Assembly: GCA_964187785.1 (NCBI GenBank)
Contig: OZ076419.1
Location: 45,012,001-45,076,000 of the forward strand
Reading direction: 5' to 3'
Origin: Amphiscolops sp. MND2022
Taxonomy: Eukaryota
Length of the DNA: 64,000 nt
This document shows positions 36,311 through 49,843 of this stretch, one piece after another. Both the position numbers and the translations under genes were made by a program. How positions within the stretch are numbered: the stretch's first letter is position 1; each line of letters opens with the position of its first letter. The notes beneath the pieces are model-generated. The model saw only the letters and a list, made by a program, of their open reading frames with translations. It did no database searches and had not been told where the DNA came from.

Positions 36311-39300
36311 TGCTCAGGTGATTCGCCATTCCAACTGAGAAAGTTGAAGGGATTCAGCACTGACGTGTCATGTCGTTCCAAAATGTGTCCCTGACTCGAT
36401 GTGTGTCCAACATGAATAGAGCGGGTTCAAAGCAACAGACCCAAACAGCAGGTATTGCATACAAAAAATTAGAATATAAGGGAGTGATCCTCCCATCTAG
36501 AAAGAACAATTGAACATCGAATTCAACGAGGAAATACCAAAAGAATCCCTTTTGTTTTGAAAATCAACGTTCAATACCTGCCCGGATGTTCTTCAAATGG
36601 TTTTTCGTTCGGTAGAGAGTGACCTCAAGTTACATGTTGACGCACGGTTATTATTAAAAGATGCATGCAAATGCAATTTCAACACTTGAGTGCAATAGAA
36701 CTGACTGAAATGTCAAGTCTCCCCGATTCAAATTTGAGGTTGTTGACAAGCTTTGCAAAACCGTGTCACTGAGCTTCAGAGACGCCGAAGTCATATTATC
36801 TGACTGCATAAGGACGAGTGAATACGGACGGACGGACCAGCCACTCTTTGAAGGAGTCTACTCTAAGGAAACCCCCTACGTTTATGAAACAGATCAAACG
36901 GGATCAACCACTCCTGACAATTTGCTTATATCATTTGTAGAAGACTGGAGAAAAATCATTCTCGAAAGGGATTGGGTTTTCAGTGAGGACACTAGCAGAC
37001 CTTCAGTTTCAGTCCTTACCCCATTTACCTAAATTACTTCAGCAACAGGAACGATCTCAGGCTGGCCACCAGAGATGTGAAAACATATATGAAACGTACT
37101 ACCAATGTACTGTGTGCCTCTTTGGAGACCGTGGTTTGACACTTTACAAACTCAAACTCGACATGTTTCTTAGGTCGAAAAGCGTGAAATACTGCCCCAT
37201 TTCTTTTACATGACAGAAGGTACTGAAAAGAGTCACCATACGGCAACAAGGACTTTATCTCGAAAACAATGAGAGACGGTGGAAATAAGGCTTGGAACAT
37301 GTCCTCAAATCATTTAGACATTCAGGTTTTGTTTCTTCGGGCCATCACTTTATGTTCATCAAAGGCAGCAATGCTTGGTCGATATCGGAACATGAATGAA
37401 AATGTCAAATGGTACCTCGAGATGGGTCGAGAGCCTACTCCAGAGCCGGTACTTGATAATCAAAGAACTGATGACAATTGTTGTTCTGGGGTCTTATGGC
37501 CACATAAAAGAAACACAAAGCAGCATCGAACGGAAGATCAGAGAAAATGGTGGCACCATTCTCAACAACAGACATCGTGAGCCGAAGCAAGTTGAGTTTT
37601 ATAAGTCACCAATACTGTCTTCTACCTAATCGGAAAGTCATCGATACCTTCATTGGAAGCCAACTGACCAAAGGAACAGCAACAACAAATGCGTTTTTTG
37701 TCACGACATAGGGCAATTGGACCTACATAAGCGCAGATTTCAACCTGGTGTGTTTGAAGAAGTCACTTATGGACCCCAAAATTTATATGTTCAATGTCGA
37801 TGTATCCGCGAGGATTATGTTCAGAAGATTCGGTACTAGTAAATTGCCTCCCAATGGCAACGTCAATCACTGCCCATGACATCTGCCAGTGGCTTGATTA
37901 CCTACAACACAGCGTTGCTGAAATACAAGAATGCACTAAAGGGACATTTGTTGAAAGGAAGATCAATTGTGTCGATTGATGTCAATATTATTCGTAAAAT
38001 TTCAAAAAAATGGAAAGCAGCCCAGTCGTTTTTTAGGCCTATTGAGAGTTCTAGAGCTGATTCGTCAGGATCAAAAAAGCGTGGACCCCATTGCGTGATG
38101 TGATTTAAATTGTTGTGTTTTCCTTTTTCCTTGCCATCCAGTGTTTAGGGTTAAGTGATTAGGCTAGGTAGGTCAGAACAAAAAAAGAGTGGATTACCTG
38201 TATATTCAGCATCTAAAACCAATAATTCGTAAACTTTGCCTCGTGATGACTAGGATGGAAGTGTTCCTCTTGTTGGGCTCACAAAAACTCCAAACAAAAA
38301 AAATGGAATGGGTTGAGAACCACCGAAAACAGCAAAAAAGAGATGGTGCAAGTGTAATTTCACGCATCTAGCCAGCAGTTTGTAGGCTCCGCCTCGTGTT
38401 GGGTTTAGCTGGATGTGTTTTTCTCGTAGGCTCACGAAAAACCAAAAAAACTTTGTTGAAAAGTTGAATGGTTTGACAAAAGGCCGAAACAAGGCAACTC
38501 TCAAAAAATTTGTCCTGTTTGAATGACTTTTCACTCAGTCAAAACACTGTCCAAGAGGAAAAATTCATTAGTGCATAGTATGCTCCATTTGTTTCTGTTC
38601 GGAAATGATAGGGAAGACATCCAAGTGAGGTGCAATGTCTTCTTACCTTGAGCAAGCCACAGGATCTCATTGTCAAAATTCGCCAACTTATAAAATGTCC
38701 CTTCATCAAGTCAACAATCCTTCCATCGAGACTAGAATTTGAAACGATCAATTCCACGTTGAACAGGGATTTTCGATCAATCCTTGAGCCATCAAGAACG
38801 CCAAGTGGATTTCGTGTCAGTTTTGTGAAGTTCTTCAAGTTCGTTGCGTCCAATGTCTACAACAAGATTGCTTCATTCGGGTTGAGAGTTCACATTTATG
38901 GAGATGCAAAGTCTCGAAGAAAACGGGATGTTGTAAGAATGGCATTCCGAATCTTAGACAGTGGAATCACTCAGAACAATCAACGACACAATTTTTCACG
39001 TTCGCTGTTTTTGAGGAGAGTTCAATTTGACAATTAGAATTTGCCATGTGTCATCATAGATGTGTGATGCCATTGTGTGTTTAAAGAAGCCCCCTATGGA
39101 ATTATTCTAAACATTAGAGTTGGCCCTTGTTTAACATATGTGGTACTTATTTGTGGCACTAATTTGAAAGTATGATTTTAACATGGTTTTACTCGTACAA
39201 GTATTACTCGTAACTCATGTTTAGGTTATTAGTCATACTCGTACATGGTTTTGCGGGGGTCACGGAATACTACGAACATGTTTCACGATTTGATATTTCA

Positions 39301-39365
39301 TCGTTAATTCTTTTGTTGTGTTGGAACAGGGAAAGGATGTTCGAATCAATCTGGAGTACAACCTG
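36014..39365 (+). pseudogene. Degenerate RAG1/Transib-like transposase-BRCT, copy 2, same permuted layout
   Basis: High identity to 18457-21988. Direct repeats at 36014-36229 and 39150-39365. Confidence 0.6.
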
Positions 39366-40656
39366 TACTTCAAGCTATTCGACTTCACAGAACCAACTTT
39401 GCTTCTGCGGTCAACTACGTTGAATCAGAATTTTGCTGAAATTCCCAATCACTTTGATCTTAGTTTCTCATTTCAAACTTCAATTGATTAAAATGCCCCG
39501 TCAACTGAGAGGAACAGCACTTGAAATTTCCCGGATAGCCACAAAGAACACTCCGAAGCCATCCAAACAAGGATGTTGAATAAAACACAAACGATTGAGA
39601 AAAAACAATTTTCTTCTTTCGGAAGAAACTTTGAAATGAATGACTTTTATGCTTTGCATTCTTTTGCTGAAACTTGCAGAACGAAACGTTTGTCAAAAAA
39701 TAAAAATTCGTTGTGAATAACATTGATTTCCACGGTAGTTTATCCGTAAGGGAAAAACTATGCAGAACAATGAACAATATTTATCAATGACCTGTTCAAA
39801 TTTTTGGGTGAAAAAAACAATATTTACCATTTTTGTACAAGAAACAGTGATGCCCCAAAGTCAATCTAAGAGGTTGAGAAAGGAAAAAGTTAGAGCCACT
39901 CCCAATCTTTTCTTCGACATTTGTGGAAGTGTCAGAAACTGCAGACTGTCGAAGACAATCTATGAGGTTGAGAAAGGAAAAAGTTAGAGCCACTCCCAAT
40001 CTTAACTTCGACTTTTGTGGAAGAGACAGAAAAAGTTAGAGAGCCAATAATTACCTACCGAAGACAAGCTAAGATGACCAAACTTCGCCCAGGTTTTGGC
40101 GTTAGAAAAACCCCCAGTAGTTCACTGCATTAGGTATGCAAGCACTGAAGCTGTCGCTTTCATGGACTACCCGTTTGACGTGGAAACGATCCCTAATCAC
40201 AACGAGCAGTGTATGAGGGCAACAGTGAGCGTGGTTCAAAATGGATTCCACAAAGCGGAGGAAACCAATAAGGTAAATATTCGTAAAAACAAAGACTTAA
40301 ACTTCTAAACGTTTTGTATGTTTTCATCGACTTTAAAATGGCATCTAAACGTTCACTTCGAAAATTAAAAATGACGTCTGATTGTGCACTTTGCACCAAC
40401 AATTTGCTTTGGGAAAGAGTGGGATTTTTTTCAGTAAGCAATAAACGTCTGCAATTTTAAAACGGTATTCTTTCATTTTTTGCCAAATACTCCTTCTCAT
40501 GAGTGCTTAGTTCGAGCGAACCAAACCCACAATTAGCAAGCGTCAAAAAACTTGATGGAATCAAAAATTGTCGTTTTATGCCTAACTTTGAAATGCTTTA
40601 GGACTATTTGATAACGCGGGAATGCTACGAAGCCTGGCAGATTCTGGGTTTTTTGG

Positions 40657-43600
40657 ATGCGCGGGGAAGAAGTAACAGTATCCTACTCAGAAGACTACTT
40701 TAGGCCTGGCAATGTTGACTGCAAATGCCCTTCGTGTGCTTCCAAGAAGACAATTAAGGTTGCCGCTCAACTACGCCCCCCTGCTGCAGCAACACAGGAG
40801 GAGGATCAATTGCCCCTTCCTAATGAACTGATGTTGCCGCTCAAGATTCACCGCGAAGTACAGCGGCCATCTCCGCAAGCCCAATGTCCAATGGGTTTGT
40901 TGTTATTTTGCCAAGCCCCCCTGCAACTCCTGCCAAAAATAAGAAACGCGAGTGCTTCACACGATTTGCCACTTTAGTCACCAACAAGCAGGTCAACAAG
41001 TGTGACGGTTCCACTGTCCTAAAGGTGCCCAACCCGGAGAGCAGAAGTTCGTTGCCAGCGGAAATCAAAGCGGCAGCGAAGTTGAGCTTTTTGCCAAGCT
41101 TGGATGTTGCTGAGCGCTTCGTCCAATTTCAGACAGACATTTCCAAGTGCAGTGGTGAAAATCGCAAGTGGAGCCTTGACAGGGGGACATTGTGAAACTG
41201 ATGGCCCAGATGTTAAATATGATGCGCTCTTTGAGATGCCCCGAGCATCTTGTCAATGGGTGTCTTGAAATGAAGACTGCAAAGAACCTGAAGCTGCAGA
41301 CTATGCTAAACTATCCGTCGATTTTCAAGCTTTTCGTTGATTATTGCTACCTCAACAGTTGGAATACCGTCGTATGAAAACTACACTAGTTTCTCAGAGA
41401 GGGCTGTGGTTGCGATAGAAGATATTCAGAAGGACACCGAATTAGGAGGTATGAAGGGATTCGGTGCGAAAGTGAAGGAAGACCAGCTGCCGCCATCCAG
41501 CCAGTTCTACTTCAAAAGGCTGGGAATCAACGACATGGTTACGTTGGGCCCAGCCAGTTTCATAAATCACAACTGCGAACCAAACTGCCAGTACATTTGT
41601 CGTGGTGAGAGAAATTCAACAATTTTTATAAAGACTAAAAGAGCTTTAGTGCGCGGGGAAGAAGTAACAGTATCCTACTCAGATGACTACTTTGGGCCTG
41701 GCAATGTTGACTCCAAATGCCCTTCGTGTGCTTCCAAGAAGACAACGCCAATTGAGGTTGCCGCTAACTAAGCCTCTCTGCTTCAGCAACACAGCAGGAG
41801 GATCAATTGCTCCTTCCGGAGGAACTTGATGTTGCCGCTCAACAAAGCCCCCCTGCTGCAGCAACACAGGAGGAGGATCAATTGCCCCTTCCTAAGGAAC
41901 TTGAGGTTGCCGCTCAAGATTCACCGCGAAGTTCAGCGGCCATCTCCGCAAGCCCAATGTCCAATGGGTTTGTTGTTATTTTGCCACCAAGCCCTCCTGC
42001 AACTCCTGCCAAACATAAGAAACGCGAGAAGAAAGTCAAAACAGATGACCGCGTTGAGTGCTTTGTTCGCCATTAAGTGGTAAATTGAATCGATAGGCAT
42101 CTGGTTCAGACGCATTCAGACATTTTTGACGGAAAACAGCGACGTTTCTGCTTGGCTTTTTATAGATGCAGGAACGCCAAGGCCCAGAGGAAAGTTAATG
42201 ATTGCGTAGAGTGCTTCACACGATTTGCCACTTTAGTCACCAATAAGCAGGTCAACAAGTGTGACGGTTCCACTGTCCTAAAGGTGCCCAACCCGGAGAG
42301 CAGAAGTTCGTTGCCAGCGGAAATCAAAGCGGCAGCGAAGTTGAGCTTTTTGCCAAGCTTGGATGTTGCTGAGCGCTTCGTCCAATTTCAGACAGACATT
42401 TTCAAGTGCAGTGGTGAAAATCGCAAGTGGAGCCTTGACAGGGGGGCATTGTGAAACTGATGGCCCAGATGTTCAATATGACGCGCTCTTTGAGATGCCC
42501 CTAGCATCTTGTCAATGGGTGTCTTGAGATGAAGACTGCAAAGAACCTGAAGCTGCAGACTATGCTAAACTATCCGTCGATTTTCAAGCTTTTCGTTGAT
42601 TATTGCTACCTCAACAGTTGGAATACCATCGTATGAAAACTACACTAGTTTCTCAGAGAGGGCTGTGGTTGCGATCGAAGATATTCAGAAGGACACCGAA
42701 TTAGGAGGTATGAAGGGATTCGGTGCGAAAGTGAAGGAAGACCAGCTGCCGCCATCCAGCCAGTTCTACTTCAAAAGGCTGGGAATCAACGACATGGTTA
42801 CGTTGGACCCAGCCAGTTTCAAAAATCACAACTGCGAACCAAACTGCCAGTACATTTGTCGTGGTGAGAGAAATTCAACAATTTTCATAAAGACTAAAAG
42901 AGCTTTAGTGCGCGGGGAAGAAGTAACAGTATCCTACTCAGATGACTACTTTGGGCCTGGCAATGTTGACTGCAAATGCCTTTCGTGTGCTTCCAAGAAG
43001 ACAACGCCAATTGATGTTGCCGCTAACTAAGCCTCTCTGCTGCAGCAACACAGCAGGAGGATCAATTGCTCCTTCCGGAGGAACTTGATGTTGCCGCTCA
43101 ACAAAGCCCCCCTGCTGCAGCAACACAGGAGGAGGATCAATTGCCCCTTCCTAAGGAACTTGAGGTTGCCGCTCAAGATTCACCGCGAAGTTCAGCGGCC
43201 ATCTCCGCAAGCCCAATGTCCAATGGGTTTGTTATTTTGCCACCAAGCCCTCCTGCAACTCCTGCCAAACATAAGAAACGCTAGAAGAAAGTCAAAACAG
43301 ATGACCGCGTTGAGTGCTTTGTTCGCCATTAAGTGGTAAATCGAATCGATAGGCATCTGGTTCAGACGCATTCAGACATTTTTGACGGAAAACAGCGACG
43401 TTTCTGCTTGGCTTTATATAGATGCAGGAACGCCAAGGCCCAGAGGAAAGTTAATGATTGCGTAGAGTGCTTCACACGATTTGCCACTTTAGTCACCAAC
43501 AAGCAGGTCAACAAGTGTGACGGTTCCATTGTCCTAAAGGTGCCCAACCCGGAGAGCAGAAGTTCGTTGCCAGCGGAAATCAAAGCGGCAGCGAAGTTGA

Positions 43601-46258
43601 GCTTTTTGCCAAGCTTGGATGTTGCTGAGCGCTTCGTCCAATTTCAGACAGACATTTTCAAGTGCAGTGGTGAAAATCGCAAGTGGAGCCTTGACAGGGG
43701 GGCATTGTGAAACTGATGGCCCAGATGTTCAATATGACGCGCTCTTTGAGATGCCCCGAGCATCTTGTCAATGGGTGTCTTGAGATGAAGACTGCAAAGA
43801 ACCTGAAGCTGCAGACTATGCTAAACTATCCGTCGATTTTCAAGCTTTTCGTTCATTATTGCTACCTCAACAGTTGGAATACCATCGTATGAAAACTACA
43901 CTAGCTTCTCAGAGAGGGCTGTGGTTGCGATAGAAGATATTCAGAAGGACACCGAATTAGGAGGTATGAAGGGATTCGGTGCGAAAGTGAAGGAAGACCA
44001 GCTGCCGCCATCCAGCCAGTTCTACTTCAAAAGGCTGGGAATCAACAACATGGTTACGTTGAGCCCAGCCAGTTTCATAAATCACAACTGCGAACCAAAC
44101 TGCCAGTACATTTGTCGTGGTGAGAGAAATTCAACAATTTTCATAAAGACTAAAAGAGCTTTAGTGCGCGGGGAAGAAGTAACAGTATCCTACTCAGATG
44201 ACTACTTTGGGCCTGGCAATGTTGACTGCAAATGCCTTTCGTGTGCTTCCAAGAAGACAACGCCAATTGAGGTTGCCGCTAACTAAGCCTCTCTGCTGCA
44301 GCAACACAGGAGGAGGATCAATTGCTCCTTCCGGAGGAACTTGATGTTGCCGCTCAACAAAACCCCCCTGCTGCAGCAACACAGGAGGAGGATCAATTGC
44401 CCCTTCCTAAGGAACTTGAGGTTGCCGCTCAAGATTCACCGCGAAGTTCAGTTTCCATCTCCGCAAGCCCAATGTCCAATGGGTTTGTTATTTTGCCACC
44501 AAGCCCTCCTGCAACTCCTGCCAAACATAAGAAACGCGAGAAGAAAGTCAAAACAGATGAGCGCGTTGAGTGCTTTATTCGCCATTAAGTGGTAAATCGA
44601 ATCGATAGGCATCTGGTTCAGACGCATTCAGACATTTTTGACTGAAAACAGCGACGTTTCTGCTTGGCTTTTTATAGATGCAGGAACGCCAAGGCCCAGA
44701 GGAAAGTTAATGATTGCGTAGAGTGCTTCACACGATTTGCCACTTTAGTCACCAACAAGCAGGTCAACAAGTGTGACGGTTCCATTGTCCTAAAGGTGCC
44801 CAACCCGGAGAGCAGAAGTTCGTTGCCAGCGGAAATCAAAGCAGCAGCGAAGTTGAGTTTTTTGCCAAGCTTGGATGTTGCTGAGCGCTTCGTCCAATTT
44901 CAGACAGACATTTTCAAGTGCAGTGGTGAAAATCGCAAGTGGAGCCTTGACGGGGGGGCATTGTGAAACTGATGGCCCAGATGTTCAATATGACGCGCTC
45001 TTTGAGATGCCCCGAGCATCTTGTCAATGGGTGTCTTGAGATGAAGACTGCAAAGAACCTGAAGCTGCAGACTATGCTAAACTATCCGTCGATTTTCAAG
45101 CTTTTCGTTGATTATTGCTACCTCAACAGTTGGAATACCATCGTATGAAAACTACACTAGCTTCTCAGAGAGGGCTGTGGTTGCGATAGAAGATATTCAA
45201 AAGGACACCGAATTAGGAGGTATGAAGGGATTCGGTGCGAAAGTGAAGGAAGACCAGCTGCCGCCATTCAGCCAGTTCTACTTCAAAAGGCTGGGAATCA
45301 ACGACATGGTTACGTTGGGCCCAGCCAGTTTCATAAATCACAACTGCGAACCAAACTGCCAGTACATTTGTCGTGGTGAGAGAAATTCAACAATTTTCAT
45401 AAAGACTAAAAGAGCTTTAGTGCGCGGGGAAGAAGTAACAGTATCCTACTCAGATTACTACTTTGGGCCTGGCAATGTTGACTGCAAATGCCTTTCGTGT
45501 GCTTCCAAGAAGACAACGCCAATTGAGGTTGCCGCTAACTAAGCCTCTCTGCTGCAGCAACACAGGAGGAGGATCAATTGCTCCTTCCGGAGGAACTTGA
45601 TGTTGCCGCTCAACAAAACCCCCCTGCTGCAGCAACACAGGAGGAGGATCAATTGCCCCTTCCTAAGGAACTTGAGGTTGCCGCTCAAGATTCACCGCGA
45701 AGTTCAGTTTCCATCTCCGCAAGCCCAATGTCCAATGGGTTTGTTGTTATTTTGCCACCAAGCCCTCCTGCAACTCCTGCCAAACATAAGAAACGCGAGA
45801 AGAAAGTCAAAACAGATGACCGCGTTGAGTGCTTTGTTCGCCATTAAGTGGTAAATCGAATCGATAGGCATCTGGTTCAGACGCATTCAGACATTTTTGA
45901 CGAAAAACAGCGACGTTTCTGCTTGGCTTTTTATAGATGCAGGAACGCCAAGGCCCAGAGGAAAGTTAATGATTGCGTAGAGTGCTTCACACGATTTGCC
46001 ACTTTAGTCACCAACAAGCAGGTCAACAAGTGTGACGGTTCCACTGTCCTAAAGGTGCACAACCCGGAGAGCAGAAGTTCGTTGCCAGCAGAAATCAGAG
46101 CGGCAGCGAAGTCGAGCTTTTTGCCAAGCTTGGATGTTGCTGAGCGCTTCGAACAAAACACACTATCGTCCAGGAAGCAACAGGCCCTCAACTTTTTCCT
46201 CCTACAGTCCAGTAAATTAGTTCACAGTCTTGGTTCAGGAAGGGGGTTGTTTTTTTGA
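40657..46258 (+). repeat. Subfamily B tandem array: about 4.4 units of 1,256-1,259 bp, each encoding SET domain, Pro/Ala/Glu linker, ZnF and YR core-binding helix; all disabled
   Basis: ORF starts at 41337, 42596, 45108 (period ~1.26 kb). TLGPASFINHNCEPNCQY...YSDDYFGPGNVDCKCxSC; RIDRHLVQTH; NLKLQTMLNY. The last unit jumps to QALNFFLLQS, the start of the YR catalytic domain, at about 46150. Confidence 0.9.
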
Positions 46259-46499
46259 ATGTGGTCATACTCTTGAGAGTTGGAACCAGCCACACCCCGT
46301 AGGAAGTAATTAAATTTAGGTTGTGCTACCCCAACTGAAATGAAAAAAAAATGCCCTAGTTGTTTTCTCAACCTAATAGAATTCCAAAATACTACTCTGG
46401 ATGAAATGATTTTTTACCTATAGCCCAGCCGTCTCGACCTCAGTTCGGACGAAGAAAATTGCCATCGACAGGACCGACAAACCGTTGCCCACCACGAAA

Positions 46500-48240
46500 T
46501 ATAAAACGTGCAGATAATATACATTCCCTATCTTCATACAGCAGGATCAAACGGAGGATTAAACAATCAATTTTTTGATAGCCATGAAGGCATATTTTTC
46601 CAAAGAGTTCAATACGAATATTTTCAAAAATTTTCTAAAGTTGGTCAACAAGGTGCAAACAAGCATTTCTCGGGGTCTGTGAGAAATTATCCAGGAACAA
46701 TTGGAGAGAATCCCGAGAAAAAGCGATACAATGGAATTTCAATTTGAGAGCGTCCATGCGGCGTTTTAAAATGCAGGGTGAGCCAAAGTAGCGAAAAAGC
46801 TCACTTTGCGCAAACCACTCACAGTGAGAAGACGGCGAGGAAGAAGTATTATTGTGCGGGTTCGGTGCAGGAAAGAGCGCACGTGGTGCATATTTATTCC
46901 GACCGACTTGGTATTGGAAGAGAGGACGGAGATGGTCTCGGCGAGAAATTGACACGAGCTCCATCTGACTATCAGTTGGATTTCGATTTGGAGGATGAGC
47001 TGCTCGAGCTCTCACTACTCGATCTCAGGTTCCAAACACCTGAGACTGTCATCAGATTAAATCAAGCCCGGGGTTCTCTAGAGGCATCCACTGTCCGCTG
47101 TCCGGACACCCATTGCAACGACACCATAACCACATGCCCCTTCAGCAACTGAGCGGCAACTGCCTTGTACTTGCTTCATTGTTGATAATTTTCGAATCAA
47201 CTAGCAAAATGGATAACCCGCTCTGCATAAACTGTGTATTCGGATCTGGATGTTGCTTAGCGTTTCGTGGACTACCAAAAAGACCTTTCCAGGTGTAGTG
47301 CTGAGAGTCGCAAGTGTCTTCTAGAGATAGAGGGCATCGCAAAACAGATGGCCAGATGTTCAATGTGACGTACTCTCAAAATTTCAGAGCTTTCTGTCAA
47401 GGGTTTTCCTCAAGTGAACGAAACGGAGAACCTGAAGCCGCAGACGATGTTGAACTATCTGTCCACTTTCAGGCTTTCCTTCAAATGTTGCTACTTAGTT
47501 TTCCTCATCTTCATAATTTCTACTGCTCAGTGATGATTCATTTGTGATAATTACTCAAAGTTGGACTCCTTTATTCATGTAAATTGATCTGAATTTTGAG
47601 TGCGTGAATTCATGGTTGGTAGCCCCTCAGCAATAACGATAGAATCTGGTCGCGTGGCCGACTACCAGTTAGCACTTCGTTGGTAAGCCAATAAGAGCAC
47701 TCAGGTTGTGACGATTGAGGCTTAGAAACGCGAGTCTACCAACCAACTACCGTTGATCCGATTTGTGCACCGACTACAATGCGCTGGCACAACTTTTTGA
47801 TTTCACATTAGTAACTCATCTTTAACTTTAAAATCTCAATACAACTCCTATCCTACATAACTTTTCCTCCTACATTAAATGAGCCATTTCTCTCAGACTT
47901 AGAAACGGAAAACTTATTATTCAAGGAAACTCTTATCAAACTGGTATCCTTTCCCACGAATTTCTAAACGGTAACATGAAACACGCCAATAGTCACATGA
48001 ACTAACAAACACGAACTAGATCTCCGTCTCCATCAATTGCTAATGAGACTCAACGCGAGAACGAAGAACGTTTTATTATACTCCGAACCGAAATGTCCAC
48101 CTTGAAAGCAGTAATGGAGAAATTGAAACAAAATGTTAGGCAAGTTGACGCCGCCCCAACATCTTCGTTTGGCGTACAAGAGTCTACACAGTTCAACTTT
48201 TTCCTCCTACAACCTCGGATCAAAACGATGTTGGTAAAGT
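46500..48240 (+). pseudogene. Subfamily C relic of the same ZnF-YR gene, highly degraded
   Basis: LDVA*RFVDYQKDLSRCSAESRK and NLKPQTMLNYLSTFRL (47230-47500) align with B. ENEERF...LKQNV...QFNFFLLQPRI (48050-48225) aligns with the YR ALNxFLLQ region. The 5' limit is uncertain. Confidence 0.65.
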
Positions 48241-48725
48241 TTTCATGCCTTTTTGAACATGGGAAAATGTCCAAATCTCACGTTTTTTAATTATTTCTTC
48301 TCGAAATCACATCCCGCTGTTTTTTCACACTGCGTTGCGTTTTCATCAAGACTAGAAATCAGAGCCCAATATTTTTTCGTTGAAATTACTCGAAACCGCA
48401 TCTTTTTACTCGAAATCACAACCCACTGTTTCTTGTTGAAAGTACTCGAAATCAACCAATGAAATCAATTGTCATTGCTGTTTCCAGGAGAATCAAGGAA
48501 GCCGATTAAACTATTTCTTACTAGACGCCTATAAAAATCGATGTTTTAGTCTCCTATTTACACTCCAATACAATTGAAATTTGTTTTTCGTCTAAATGCT
48601 TCATCAGGTTTTCACTTCAAAATCTGGTGTTACATTTTCTCGAAAATACCTAACTGGCGTTTGAGATTCCTTAATAGCAGGGACCCAACAAAAAGCTAAT
48701 TAGTTTTCTGATGTCCTTATCCATC

Positions 48726-49419
48726 CCCAGTGTAAAATATCTTGAAACTCTTGCCAAATTCTTGGATTTTCCCGCAAATTCCCGATACCTCTTGAAACCC
48801 TTGATAAGATCTTGTTTATTCTTGTTTGACAAAAAACTCTTGAAATTCTTGACAGGAATCTTGGTAAGAGTCTCATCAAGAGTGTCAAGAAAATAAATTT
48901 TGTTTATAAGTTTTTGCTGTTGTTCGCACTACCAGCTACACTATCATTCTTTGAAGTATTGGATATAAGACAACACAAAGTATTGAAATTCAGAACATGA
49001 TAGTTTGGTTGGTAGCGCGGACAGCCGTGGTAGAATAGGTACGCTGATCAAGCCGAAGTTGGCGTGGGTTTTTGTTCGTTTTCATTCACTTTTGTTAGCT
49101 TTTCTCTTGAAACTCTTGGCAAGATTCTTGGCATTTCTTGCATTTTCCCGGATTTCTTGGCAAGATTCTTGGCATTTCTTGGATTTTCTTGGATTTCTTG
49201 ACAAGATTCTTGGTTTTTCTTGGAAGGTTTTTTGTACTAAATTTTTTTTTCGTTTTTTCTGGCAAAAAAGTTAGACATTTTTCTTGAAGTTCTTGGCAAG
49301 ATCTTGCAAGATTGTACATATTCTTGGCGCTCTTGGTAAGAATCCTGTCAAGATCCTTACCAAGGGTTTCAGGAAATTGCAAGATTCTTGACAAGAGTTT
49401 CAAGATATTTTACACTGGG
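48726..49419. mobile_element. Non-autonomous DNA transposon (MITE), possibly CACTA/EnSpm-type
   Basis: TIR CCCAGTGTAAAATATCTTGAAACTCTTG at the left end and its reverse complement at the right end. Subterminal (G)ATTCTTGGCAA repeats and a possible TC 2-bp TSD. Confidence 0.75.
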
Positions 49420-49843
49420 TCTTCAGAGAGATTGCACAATCAAAAGCGACATTTTCCCCCGTGCAGAGATAATTAGGGATGCAACTAAAAGCTGATTAAG
49501 CACAAAGTATTCAAATATTGACGCCAGTGATGTGCATCGTAACGTATTTGAATTTCTCTAAAATTTACGACTTCCTATCCGGCAAGAAGCGAATTTTTAC
49601 CTGAACAGAAAAGCGAGGCTTGGAAAACAATACGGTTCTCAGAACTTTATCAATTTGACTAATTTTGCAGAAAAAAAACTTCACTTTTTGTAATAGTCGG
49701 TCGAAAAACCTTTCGACTTTTTTCGATAAATTTTAAAAGATTATCTGTCAATTATGCATGCACGCAGTCTGTTTTTTGCTTCTGATGTAAATAAACAATT
49801 ATTTGTGTGTGTTGTGTATTTGCACATCACTGAAGCGTCATGA

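Noticed and set aside
47613-47745. 10-bp inverted repeat TGGTTGGTAG/CTACCAACCA
   Set aside because: It is too short and does not extend, with no TSD or second copy in the window.
1-48240. DIRS/Ngaro YR retrotransposon, or Polinton/endogenous virus
   Set aside because: No gag, RT or RNase H is linked to the YR, and no polB, capsid or packaging ATPase motifs were seen. The Gypsy pol at 59-61 kb has its own DDE integrase and is separate.
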